DNA of 64,000 nucleotides from Bigelowiella natans CCMP2755 (lineage: Eukaryota; Protista; Cercozoa). Location of the stretch: assembly GCA_000320545.1 (NCBI GenBank), contig ADNK01001276.1, forward strand, positions 62,001 through 126,000, given 5' to 3'. Under the pieces are notes generated by a model. It saw nothing but the letters and a program-made list of their open reading frames with translations. It was not told where the DNA came from and made no database searches. Shown in pieces: positions 53,735 to 64,000 of the stretch. Both the position numbers and the translations under genes were made by a program. Numbering within the stretch: the first letter of the stretch is position 1; the number at the start of each line of letters is the position of its first letter.

Positions 53735-54338
53735 CATCTGGCAGCATAGCGAATGTTGCAAGATTCTGATGTCACATGTTTGGCGACTATTTTGTGCCAA
53801 CATAATGGCACAATTGAAAATTTTTAAACATTTCATCACATCCGTCTCACGGTGCAATCGATGCGATAAATCACAGCACCGGCAATCGCAGTGTAGACTA
53901 AGCACTCGCCCCATTGTTCGCTACAACGCCAATTCACTTACATAATTGCACATTTTGAAGCGCATATACGTCCGCGTAAGAAAAGTAAGCATGCCATCAG
54001 CGGACGGTATTGGTTGAGAAATTTATTAAGTTAACTGGAAAGCATAGCATAATTAATGATCAAATGCACGGATATGTGCTGCAAAGTCGTCGTCATGCAA
54101 TGTGTGCGAGACAAAATATCCGCCCTTGGATTCTTTGTCTAGACTCTCGGCACATTATTATCTAGTGTATGTAGTCGCATATTTCGGGGGGAGCGTGTTG
54201 TCGATCTAGTCTGCTACATGACCACGTGTGCATGTGCACATGTAGGACATCCTCAACCACCCGAGGAGCTCGTTTGTTGCATGGAGCGTTGTCGTCGTGG
54301 CTCGCGCCATTGTAGCCAATAGAATTGTCCATGATTTG
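53735..54338. other. Convergent-spacer compositional element
   Basis: Between the SPRY gene (+) and the RRM gene (-). Contains gtctagac, tctag twice more and catgtgcacatg 54231-54242. Confidence 0.55.
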
Positions 54339-54956
54339 CTAGTTTCTGATGGTGAAACTGTGACTCATAAACCTTCCGCTGCCGCCTCTGGTCTTGGTGC
54401 CCCCCTCCTTCTTTTTGATTTTGATGGAGGTCTTTTTGGCTTTTCCTTTCTTGATACTTATGCTCCTTGGTGCTCCTCGTCTCGTCACCGCCTTCTTCTT
54501 TTTTATAGAGATTTTGCGCTTCCCAACGGTTATCATCTCCCCGTTGTTCTTCTTGATCTTCAGCGGTCTTTTCCTACCTCCCTTGCCAACCGTATTATTA
54601 TTATTATTGCCGCTCATCATGGCTTCTAGTACACTTTTGTCGTTGAAGCTGATGCTGAATTTAGGCTGCTCGATACCAAGCTCTCTCTCATCATAACCGT
54701 CTATATTGGAGAAATTGAATTGCACGCTACGCTCTTCTTCCTTGCTGTCATCTACCAGGGCATTGCCGTTGCTGCTTTTCCTCCTCTTGTTATTCTTCAT
54801 TGTACGCTGAATCTTGGGCGATCTTTTCGTCGTCTTCTCACTGCTGCGATTACTTGCTGGCATGGTCATAACCCTGGAGGAGGAAGAGGAAGAGGACGCC
54901 GTGTAGGAGGATGTTCCATTCTTTCGTTTCCTGCAACACCATAAAACGGTTTGATG

Positions 54957-55039
<83 letters not shown>

Positions 55040-55960
55040 ATGCCAGCTGGTAGGCGAGGATGAGATGTCCTCCGCGAAATAATCGTATCTGCATCGTCTA
55101 TCTGTGTGCGCGTGTGCCGCCTGGTGGTGTTGTGTAGTTGGTGAGGACCTGTTGTTGTTGTTGTTGTTGTTGTTGTTATGTTTCTTGTCGTTTCCCTCGA
55201 CCACCATCTTCGTAAGGAGAAGCTTGTTTCCTTTGTACTTGCGGCCGTGCCATTCACTTATCACAGCTTCGGCGTCCTCCTGGGTATTGATAGGAAGAGA
55301 AGAGAGTTATTTCCATGCATGCTTTGCTAACTCATCTGTAAAAGCAGCAGCAGCAGCAGCAGCAGCATCATTCGAGGGCTTTTTATGTGCAATAATACAG
55401 CTGTTGGAACATTGGAGGAGGATATTTTTGTTGGGGGGGGGTTGGATGAATAACCAACCGCTTAACATTAACATCAGCAGGAGTCGTATTAAAATTTGAG
55501 GAATTGTCATATAATCTTGTGCTTCTAACCCTAACCCCCCTCCCCCCCCCTCCCTCCTCTCCTCTCCTCTTCTTTCTTCCCTCATTGAAAGTGGTGAGAT
55601 GAACTTCCAAGTACAACCTCAGTGGCAAAGGTCAGTTCCACCACGTCGGGGGCGTCGGGATCCATGCTAAGCTTCAGAACGTCCTTGTCGTAGAAAAGGT
55701 CCTGCATGCAAGCAACAACCAATTTCGAAGCAAAGGTAAACATTTACTGCCTTAGATGGCTCTGATCTTCTACACAGAGGCTACTATACTATTACTACTG
55801 CTACTGCTACGACGACGAGGACGACCTTGAACATGTCTTTACGATTGATATCTTCCGGTAAGTTTCTAATGAGAACATCTACTCCTCCCTGACTGATTGC
55901 TTGTCGCCCTTCTGCCTCCGAAGGGTCGATCTACCGAAGCACAGGATAGTAGCAGCAGTG

Positions 55961-55994
<34 letters not shown>

Positions 55995-56127
55995 TAGTAG
56001 AAGATGACGACGACGGGTAGAAAAGAGCAAGGTCAGTACTACTGAAATACATTGGAGGAGAGGAGCTCTTTCTACAAAATTGTTCATGAACATGAACGGG
56101 ATTTATTTCACACTTAGCAGCAGCAGA

Positions 56128-56189
<62 letters not shown>

Positions 56190-56705
56190 TAGCACCCCAC
56201 CACCAACACCCACCACCTCTATCTCATTTCCGTCTTCATCCACAGCGACATACTCGTACACCTCTTCGTACTCATATTCGTCCTCGTCTTCTTCCTGAGT
56301 ATCGTTCTTGTTGTAGCCGTTGTTGTCGTCTTCGTTGTCATCAATAACGATCACTTTTTGAAATTCCGATTTGTTCTCAACAACCCTCCTTATTTGCTGT
56401 GGACTGCTTTTAGTGGTCTTAGCTGCCAACTTCTTCTTTTTCTTCTTTGACGAGGAGGAAATAGTCCTCCTTCCCACTGGAGACTTGGTCGTAGATGCGT
56501 CTGCTGCTGCTGACACATTGACCCGAAACCTCCTATCTTCATTCTGAGCATAATAAAATCCAATAAGCTAATATTACGCATTTGCAACAATAATAGAGAA
56601 ATTCCTTGCGTATACCCTGGCAGCTTGGATCAATCTCTTACGTTGAGATCCTGGTTTGTATCTCTCGAATGCACCGGTGGGGGGGCCATCGTCATCAATA
56701 GGCAT
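54339..56705 (-). CDS. RRM-domain protein (ALY/REF-like RRM) with acidic and Lys/Arg-rich disordered regions
   Basis: Exons give NLPEDINRKDMFK|DLFYDKDVLKLSMDPDAPDVVELTFATE|EDAEAVISEWHGRKYKGNKLLLTKM (RRM pattern). The C-terminus is very basic (KRKISIKKKK...). ATG 56705 (MPIDDDGPPTG). Confidence 0.72.
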
Positions 56706-56868
56706 AGTCGGCAAGCTTCTGAAATACGACACATCCACAAAACACCCTTTTCAGCTCAAAATTTGATTTATCTGTGGACGTTTGTCTCAGTGGAACTTTG
56801 AAATAAGGATTTGAGCACATTAGTACGAGTAGGAAGTGGAAAATTGGCTTAACATGTGTTTTAGAATT

Positions 56869-56954
56869 CCAACTAGAAACACAATGTGTGGCTGTGCTTA
56901 TTCTCCCCTCCAACTAGAAACACAATGTGTGGCTGTGCTTTCTCCCCTCCAACT
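56869..56954. repeat. Tandem duplication of a ~41-bp unit
   Basis: ccaactagaaacacaatgtgtggctgtgcttattctcccct (56869-56909) is followed by a copy lacking 2 nt (56910-56948) and a third partial ccaact. Confidence 0.92.
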
Positions 56955-57480
56955 TCCCCATCGATGCAAACGAGAAATAATCGTTGCACAGCATCCCCCA
57001 TTTATTTTTGCGTCAACTCAGAGAGGCTCCAATAATGATCTGCAGACACCCTGGCAGCACCTGCCTGATGCAGCACAGCATTTACCTGTGGGGAGAAAGC
57101 TATGGGCGGTCTTTCGCAACGTGGAGAGATATGTCAGACCCAAGTGTCGCCAGCGCCAATCAAGGTCAATGGCGATTCTTGTAAATATTAATTACTATCT
57201 ACATGACGTAGTTCTTAATCTCAGACTATTTACATGAAATAATTCTTGGACTGATCTTTAATGGTGGCGGGATCATGGAGATACTCCCCAGAGAGTCTCG
57301 AAATAAACGGGATGTGCCCCCAGTCGCGTTTCCGCCAAAACCGTCCATTTCCATGGATTTCAAGGAGAATTCACCAGCGAATTTTGGCAATAAGAGAGAA
57401 TAAAAATATAGGGGATTTTAGCACTACGACATGATTTCGGAAAGTCAACCGTAAGCTGCCTCCACTCGGTGTCCTCAGTC

Positions 57481-58261
57481 ATGGGCCTTCCTGCGTGGGT
57501 GTGGGATCCTTACATAATTATCAATCTGCTTGTGTGCCTATCCTACCTTTATGTGCGGTTTCACTTCGACGAGGACTCTATGCTGTTCAAGAATGACATG
57601 ATGGGCTTTACAAAGGTCTGTATCCTCTCCTCCTCCTCTGTTTGTGGTGGAGACTTAGTCTTTCATTTCCCGACTCAACCCGTTGGGCGTTCCTCTGACA
57701 TGCGAGAAGCTAAGCCATTGTTGTTTGTCCTGTTGCCAGGAGATGCAAGTGGGAGGGTCCTGCCTGGTAGCTCTGTATGTGAAATACTGGAAGTCAAACT
57801 CTTTGGCAGAATTCTTTCCGACATTCTTCATGTATTCCAAAGTTGCCATACTCATCTGCACTGCCGTCCAAAGCAAGACAATCTGTGCATGGTACGCGGT
57901 CACATTCTTGGGTAATAGCAAGTTCCTCTAAAACTCCAACAACAACAACAAACGTGCGTGGACCGTAAGCTAAGTAAAACTGTGTGGCTTGTCCTTTGCT
58001 CTCCATATCGTCGTTGTGCTGCTGCTGCTGCTACTACTACTACTATGGGGTAGTTTTGTTCTTTGTGCTGCATCAGGGGGAAGATAAGACCCCAAACAAA
58101 GTCGTACACCTAAACACTGGAAACTTCGGTTCCGTCGAGGATGATCGGGAGAGCACATGGCTCGTGCAGTTCTACACCACATGGGCTAATGCCGCTGGTT
58201 TCTCTTCCACCTTCAACGCGCTTTCCAATAAGTGACTTAAAACATTAAAAATAATATTTAT

Positions 58262-58330
<69 letters not shown>

Positions 58331-58810
58331 ACAAACAAACAAACAAACAAACAATATTTTATTATTTCGCCTAGGTATGGCAGCAAGAGATTAAAGTTTG
58401 GCAAAGTTGACATCGGGCGCTTCAGAACTCTCGCGAAAAAATTTAATATATCCTTGTCAGCTGTGATGAACAACGAGCTCCCGACTCTGATATTATTCGA
58501 AAAGGTACTTGCTAGGAGTATTGTGGTGCTGATGGTCTCGAGTGTTACGCTTGATCATTTTGATGTATTGAACAAAACTACTAGGGCAACGAAGTTAAGA
58601 ATCAACGTTTGCCAGTCAAAGGAAAGGATGGAAAACTCAAAGAGAACTACGTTATACTCACAAAGGTTGAGCATGTGCGAAAGTTGTAATCCGGGTTGCA
58701 CTTTTGTAAGGTCTACTTAACCAATTATTCAGGAGAACCTGATTAAGTATTTCAAGCTGGAGGAACGTGCGAAGCAGGCCGCAGCGCAGGAAGCTAAGAA
58801 AAATAAATAA
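57481..58810 (+). CDS. TMX2: Thioredoxin-related transmembrane protein 2 homologue
   Basis: DPYIIINLLVCLSYLYVR, FFMYSKVAILI, WLVQFYTTW, YGSKRLKFGKVDIGRF...FNISLS...ELPTLILFEKG and ENLIKYFKL. C-terminal di-lysine ER-retrieval motif AKKNK* (TAA 58808-58810). Confidence 0.88.
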
Positions 58811-58989
58811 AATTGCAATATCGATGCAACATTGGATTCTCTTAGAGAAATATGGCTTCGGGGGATTTTTTTCCCTTTTTACTTAGCATGCTGTATTGGC
58901 CGAGGCTGCGTCAATAGCAAGAAATAATTAGGCTAACTGTCATTTATGAAGCCAGAAGTTTTCCCATTAGCATATTTAAATTATATTCC

Positions 58990-59770
58990 GAAGCAGATAA
59001 GAATCGATGCTGATTTTTGTCGTAATTAGAACTGATCAGCATGTTCCAATGTTGCCCCATGGATATCTGTACACTTGTGCACGTAGCGTATGTAAGCGCA
59101 TGATGTTGTGCACAATGATGCTATGGTAGGAGCTGCGTTAATTACTACCTAGGGCGGCGATATCGTAGTTTTAGTATTGATTGATTACATGTAAACTCCT
59201 GCCTGTAACATACGTCGCATCGAGCTGCGAATGCTATGCATTATGTATATGAACGAATATAACATTAAAGGCTGAATGTCGATAGCCTTGCCAGGTCTAA
59301 GCATACACACGGGTATACTAGAAGCACCCTAGCATACAGACTACATTGGTACAGCTGTGAGATGAGCGTGTAGAGGATCACATGTGTACATATATGTGTA
59401 TGTAAGCATATATATGCTAGTATTATAGTATGGTGTGATAAGCCATCTAGACCATGCTAGCATGTCATCCACACAAGGAATGGCAGCAATGATGAATGAG
59501 CACAACAGACAATGCATGCAGGTTATTACAAATTGAGTTTTGTTTGAAATTATCACTACAAGCAACTTCAATCTAACACGATCACGCTGATGCTATACAT
59601 TTAAGCGTAATTGTCATAACATGCTGGAGCTACTACGATATGCATGTGACTGAATATGAACGTGCCTACTCCAGCAAAGGCGGTGTTGTGTGCAGAAATA
59701 AAACTTCTAAATTTTAACCCCGCTGCTTGATCGATAATTATGAGCTAGAGACAGAAGACAAAACGCTTGG
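58990..59770. other. Convergent-spacer compositional element
   Basis: Between TMX2 (+) and NMD3 (-). Contains agcatatatatgct 59405-59418, catgctagcatg 59453-59464 and many ctag. Confidence 0.6.
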
Positions 59771-59774
59771 AGCA

Positions 59775-60167
59775 TTATTGTTTTTTCCCTATTATTTTTC
59801 AGAGAACACAGAAAGTAAGATCTTCGATTGAAACTATAGAAGAAATCTATGGTATCGTTGCAATGAACTACCAGTACAACAACTTCAGAACAACGACTTA
59901 CAACTATTGCTACTTCTTCTTCTTCTTCCTACAGGATACGCTACCATCTCACCTATTTGTAAGCTCCCTGCCATGTCGTCTATAAGCTCGTCCATCGATA
60001 TCTGATGAAGCATAGAAGAAAAAGAAGAAGAAGAAGATACACCGTTGTAAACGCATATAGTCGCGGCAGGAAAGAGGGTGAGAGAGAGAGAGGAAGAGAG
60101 AGAGAATAAATGGGAGAACAAGGGGAAAGGAAATGCCGGCAATGAGGAGATGCGGCGAAACCGAATC

Positions 60168-60221
<54 letters not shown>

Positions 60222-60550
60222 TTGATAACAAAGCAGCCACCTCTGGAAAGCCATCATCGTCCTCCTCGTCTTCTTCCTTCATTTTAGCATCTTCAGCGGC
60301 ACGCGAGGAGACGATCTTCCTCTTGTAAAGATTCACATCTGCGCGCATCTCGGGATCCTGGAAGCAGACACATCATCATCATCAAACAATGCCTCCACAT
60401 GATAACAACAACAACAACAACAACAATAACAACAACAATAACACTAGCAATAACAACATCAATCATTTTTGTTCCTTTTTCAGTCTCCATTTTTTGCTGC
60501 TGTTTCGTTACTACAAATCCTACTACTACTACTTCTTCTTTCTACTGGTG

Positions 60551-60581
<31 letters not shown>

Positions 60582-61316
60582 TAGTACTACCTCCTCGAGA
60601 TCATTCATAAACACCTCCATGTCATCCTCGGCTGTTTTATCTGGGTTACGCCTCGATCCCTTTCCTATCAATGATGATTCAAGATATGTCAGAGAGAGCG
60701 AGAGAGAGATAGAGAAGCCGAGGACAAAAAAGGAGATCAAGGAACATGTGGCGTCAAATCCAACAGGGAGAGGGGGAGCCGAGTCCGTAGCAAAAAAGGC
60801 TTCGTGATGATGACGATTATGATGATGATGATGTAATGAGGACGATGACGAATAAAGATGCTCTCACACATACCCTCTGCTCTTTCTTTTTGCAATGTCT
60901 TCAGCTTAAACCTTTAGCGGTGAGAAGACAAATTCGAACAATCAGAACAAACTAACCCTCCCTCGCCACCACCTCCACAAACGACTGGAGGGATGACGGC
61001 AAGGAATCCCACGTTGTTGTTGGTGTTGCTGCTGCTTGCTAGCCAACAGTGGAACTAACGATACAACCACCACAGAGCTATAAAAACCATATGATTAGTA
61101 TATGATTCTTTGCGTCGTAACAGGAAGTCGGGCTTCAATTGTCATATCGTAGAACAAAACAGTGGGGCTTTTCTCTCGAGCATATCTCTCGGAGCCTGCA
61201 TTCTTGGTTCTTGTCGTATTATTTTATCATCGCATGTGTGGTAGGGAAATGGACGACCTTCGTGCTCTCGCCCTATTCTTCCGGTTGGGAAACGTCTGAT
61301 GGGAGGAGGGGGAAAG

Positions 61317-61358
<42 letters not shown>

Positions 61359-61603
61359 AGAGAGGGGCAAGCAGGGAGAAAATAAAACTCTCTATTTAAT
61401 ATTGAAATGAAACTAAAAGCCAATCTTCCTTCCTCTTAGAATACTAAACAGGGAAGCGACAGGGAGGAGGAGTGTGGAAGAATGGGTAGCATCGTTCAGT
61501 CTTTTACCTTCCTCACTATCATAACTTCCGGTAGATCTCTTCCCCTTAGACGACTCTGCACGTCGTCTTGCACTATCAGGCTTTTGAGGTCATACCTGAT
61601 GAA

Positions 61604-61644
<41 letters not shown>

Positions 61645-61928
61645 TACATGTGTGTGTGTGTGTGTGTTGTGTGTGTGTGTATTATTGAAATCCAGTAGTA
61701 TATATTTATATATTTATATATCATAACGTACCCTGCACACGTGTCCCCAGCATTGAGCTGATGTGCGAGGTGTGTCATGCTAATATACCTGTGTAGGATA
61801 GATAGGTGATCGGGTGGTTGATTTTTACAATGATGATGACGGGAGGAGCAACGACGGAGGAGGAAGTTCAGATTGGAGAACGTTATCACGCAAGTGAATG
61901 CATACAAGAAATACAAATACAAATAATG

Positions 61929-61961
<33 letters not shown>

Positions 61962-62293
61962 CGTGTCTACTCGCTATCCTCATCATCCTGCGCCTCGGAG
62001 TCTCTCATTACTGTGGCTTCGCCTTGGGTATATTTACCAGCCGTGACCTTAACAAGTAGTTGTTGTAGTAGTGGTAGTATCATTTAAGTGAGCTGACATC
62101 TACCGTGGTCATCAATATGTTGCTTAATGAGCAATGTCGGCGATCGATAATCAGTACCTTTTCCTCAGGATCACTAGGAGTTTCAATGTCGCACACAACG
62201 AAATCTGCATGCATCATCGAGTGAAACAACACCGACAACAGCCAACCGTGAAAGAGGCTCCAGAACTGTACGAACAAGTTGTTTGCGGGAGTC

Positions 62294-62363
<70 letters not shown>

Positions 62364-62364
62364 C

Positions 62365-62407
<43 letters not shown>

Positions 62408-62865
62408 GAGACGAGAACGACACTCGTGAACGTACTTTCACGAGGGATCTGAACGTACCAAATCCTTCTATTAACCACCACGCATATGCACATATTTCAT
62501 CAATATTCAGGTATATTTATATCACACTTCTGAGCTGCTTGCGGCCACACACTACTATAGGTGCGTCCCTCCAGAATGCCTTGGCTGACACTTGCACGCG
62601 CTGCATTGTGTTTGGGTCGATGAGCATGATCAGATTCGAAACCTACAAAGCACCACCACCACCACCGCCGGCAAACGAATGTATCACGGGGAGGAGAGAA
62701 TAGCAATATCAGCACACGGTGATCTCCCATAAACAGCATGAGGCTATGTGGTGACATCGGAGAACGACCGACACATTGCAATCACGCCACTAGCTTTTCG
62801 CGCGTGATCCGAGACAAAAGATGACGACTACTATTTTTGCTACTAGTAGTAATAGGAACACTATA

Positions 62866-62896
<31 letters not shown>

Positions 62897-63815
62897 TTAC
62901 TACTACAAGCAAAGTGAAAGGTGTAGCAACCCCCCTGTCACGACCTACCTTAATGCACAGCAGGAGAGGAGATATGCCCCCCATGGACGCACACATGCGT
63001 TTATTCAACACCACTAGGTCGTCTTTGCACACTGGCGGGATCTCGCTGCACCACGTGTACCTTTTCAGTGAGAAGAAGAACAACACACAAATTAACAGAC
63101 AAGACAACGACGACGAGGATGCGATTGAATGAGATTATTAGAGGTGTTCCAAGAGAAGAAGAGAAATCATGTTTGCGTCCATCCTAATCAATCCACTGTC
63201 TCCTCCTCGTCCTCTACCCCCTTCTAGTGTGTTTGCTCAATTTCCTCCTCCTCCTCCTACTTGTATCTGTAAGTGTTGCTACGGTCATCCTGGGTGATGA
63301 GCTTCTTTGAGAACTTGGAGCGTACAGGGATGACAGATTCCAGGAAATTCACCTGCGGGAACACCATCTTCCATCACCATCATCATCAACAGCCATCCTT
63401 ATGATCACAACCAGCAGTATACCCACCATTTTTGCCAACGTAACGGTCATCAGCTTTCATCATCATCATCATCATGTACATATATGATTATCATGGATGT
63501 TTAATAGCAATCCCAATCACCATCATCGCTGCCGTCACCATCACTAAGAGCCGTACCATGTGTTGACCCAAGGATTTTGAGGGGAAATAAAAGTCTAGTC
63601 CATCCGGTTGGTCGCGTATATTTATAACCTAACAGAATCAACCAAATGGCTCATGAGGATTTGATGATGGGTAGTAGAAACAGAATAATTCGGTGAGCAG
63701 TCCTGCAATGCAGTCTAGAATACTCTCTACCCACCTTCTCGCACACGTTGTGCTTGATTAGAAGCTGTTCTAACCATAGGAACGTCCTCTTGTGTCGCAC
63801 TTTCTGTCGCACCTT

Positions 63816-63851
<36 letters not shown>

Positions 63852-64000
63852 ATGATGATGATGATATGATGATGATATAATGCACCTCGATAGCACTAAC
63901 CCTTTCCCCTCTTCCTCCTCTTCCTTCTCCCCATTAATCTTCTGGTCATCATCTCCTTGTATACTCCCGTTTTCCAATTTTTGTGCTGTTGTCGTGCGCG
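59775..64000 (-). CDS. NMD3: 60S ribosomal export adaptor NMD3; 5' part lies outside the window
   Basis: VRQKVRHKRTFLWLEQLLIKH, DFYF, VNFLESVIPVRSKFSKKLITQD, YTWCSEIPPVCKDDLVVL, THLAHQLNAGDTCAGYDL, LPEVMIVRK, FMNDLEEDPEMRADVNLYK and the NES-like ISMDELIDDM. The last exon is approximate. Confidence 0.95.

Larger units (their letters stand above)
44280..64000. repeat. Microsatellite-dense block (introns of the SPRY, RRM, TMX2 and NMD3 genes)
   Basis: Directly visible tracts including compound (TA)n(TG)n and (CA)n(GA)n. SSR-poor gaps occur at ~53350-54580, ~56600-57900 and ~58400-59880. Confidence 0.95.

Noticed and set aside
55524-55537. ctaaccctaaccc telomere-like repeat
   Set aside because: Only two units inside an intron; expected by chance.
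3073-56954. Short direct repeats (3073, 41884, 56869) as a CRISPR-like array or transposon ends
   Set aside because: They are head-to-tail with no spacers, with no cas, transposase or RT genes and no terminal inverted repeats with target-site duplications.
56836-57237. 133-aa plus-strand ORF upstream of TMX2
   Set aside because: Non-ATG start, partly generated by the 41-bp duplication, and no family motif.
8516-63977. Hundreds of short ORFs with poly-Y/I, C/V, S/L, H/T, E/R or poly-M/S/V tracts
   Set aside because: They are translations of intronic microsatellites or antisense frames, not genes.

Overview
Eukaryotic nuclear DNA from a compact, intron-rich protist genome with GT-AG introns and abundant intronic microsatellites. 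The style resembles a chlorarachniophyte or other rhizarian, but that is an inference. I reconstructed 15 spliced protein-coding genes by hand; most short ORFs in the supplied track are microsatellite artefacts. In order: PH/RGS/GYF-like protein (-, runs off the left edge), Tudor-like/OTU/Ubl-like deubiquitinase (+), TMEM245/AI-2E-like membrane protein (-), SAM plus novel tandem-repeat protein (+), small secreted protein (-), BT1 folate-biopterin transporter (+), PaaI-type thioesterase ending in SKL (-), REEP/HVA22-like protein (+), serine racemase (-), multi-cNMP-binding protein (+), sulfotransferase (-), large SPRY protein (+), RRM protein (-), TMX2 (+) and NMD3 (-, runs off the right edge). 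The main architectural signal is that all 15 genes strictly alternate strand. All 7 tail-to-tail spacers share a short-palindrome, pyrimidine-purine-step composition (TGCA, CATG, CTAG, TAGCTA). The head-to-head spacers instead favour TTCGG/TCCGG/AAATT-type words. The best protein-level novelty is an RGS-like domain apparently inserted inside a GYF_2-like domain. No rRNA, tRNA, CRISPR array or recognisable transposon was seen. Exon boundaries were read by eye, and some starts and ends are approximate.
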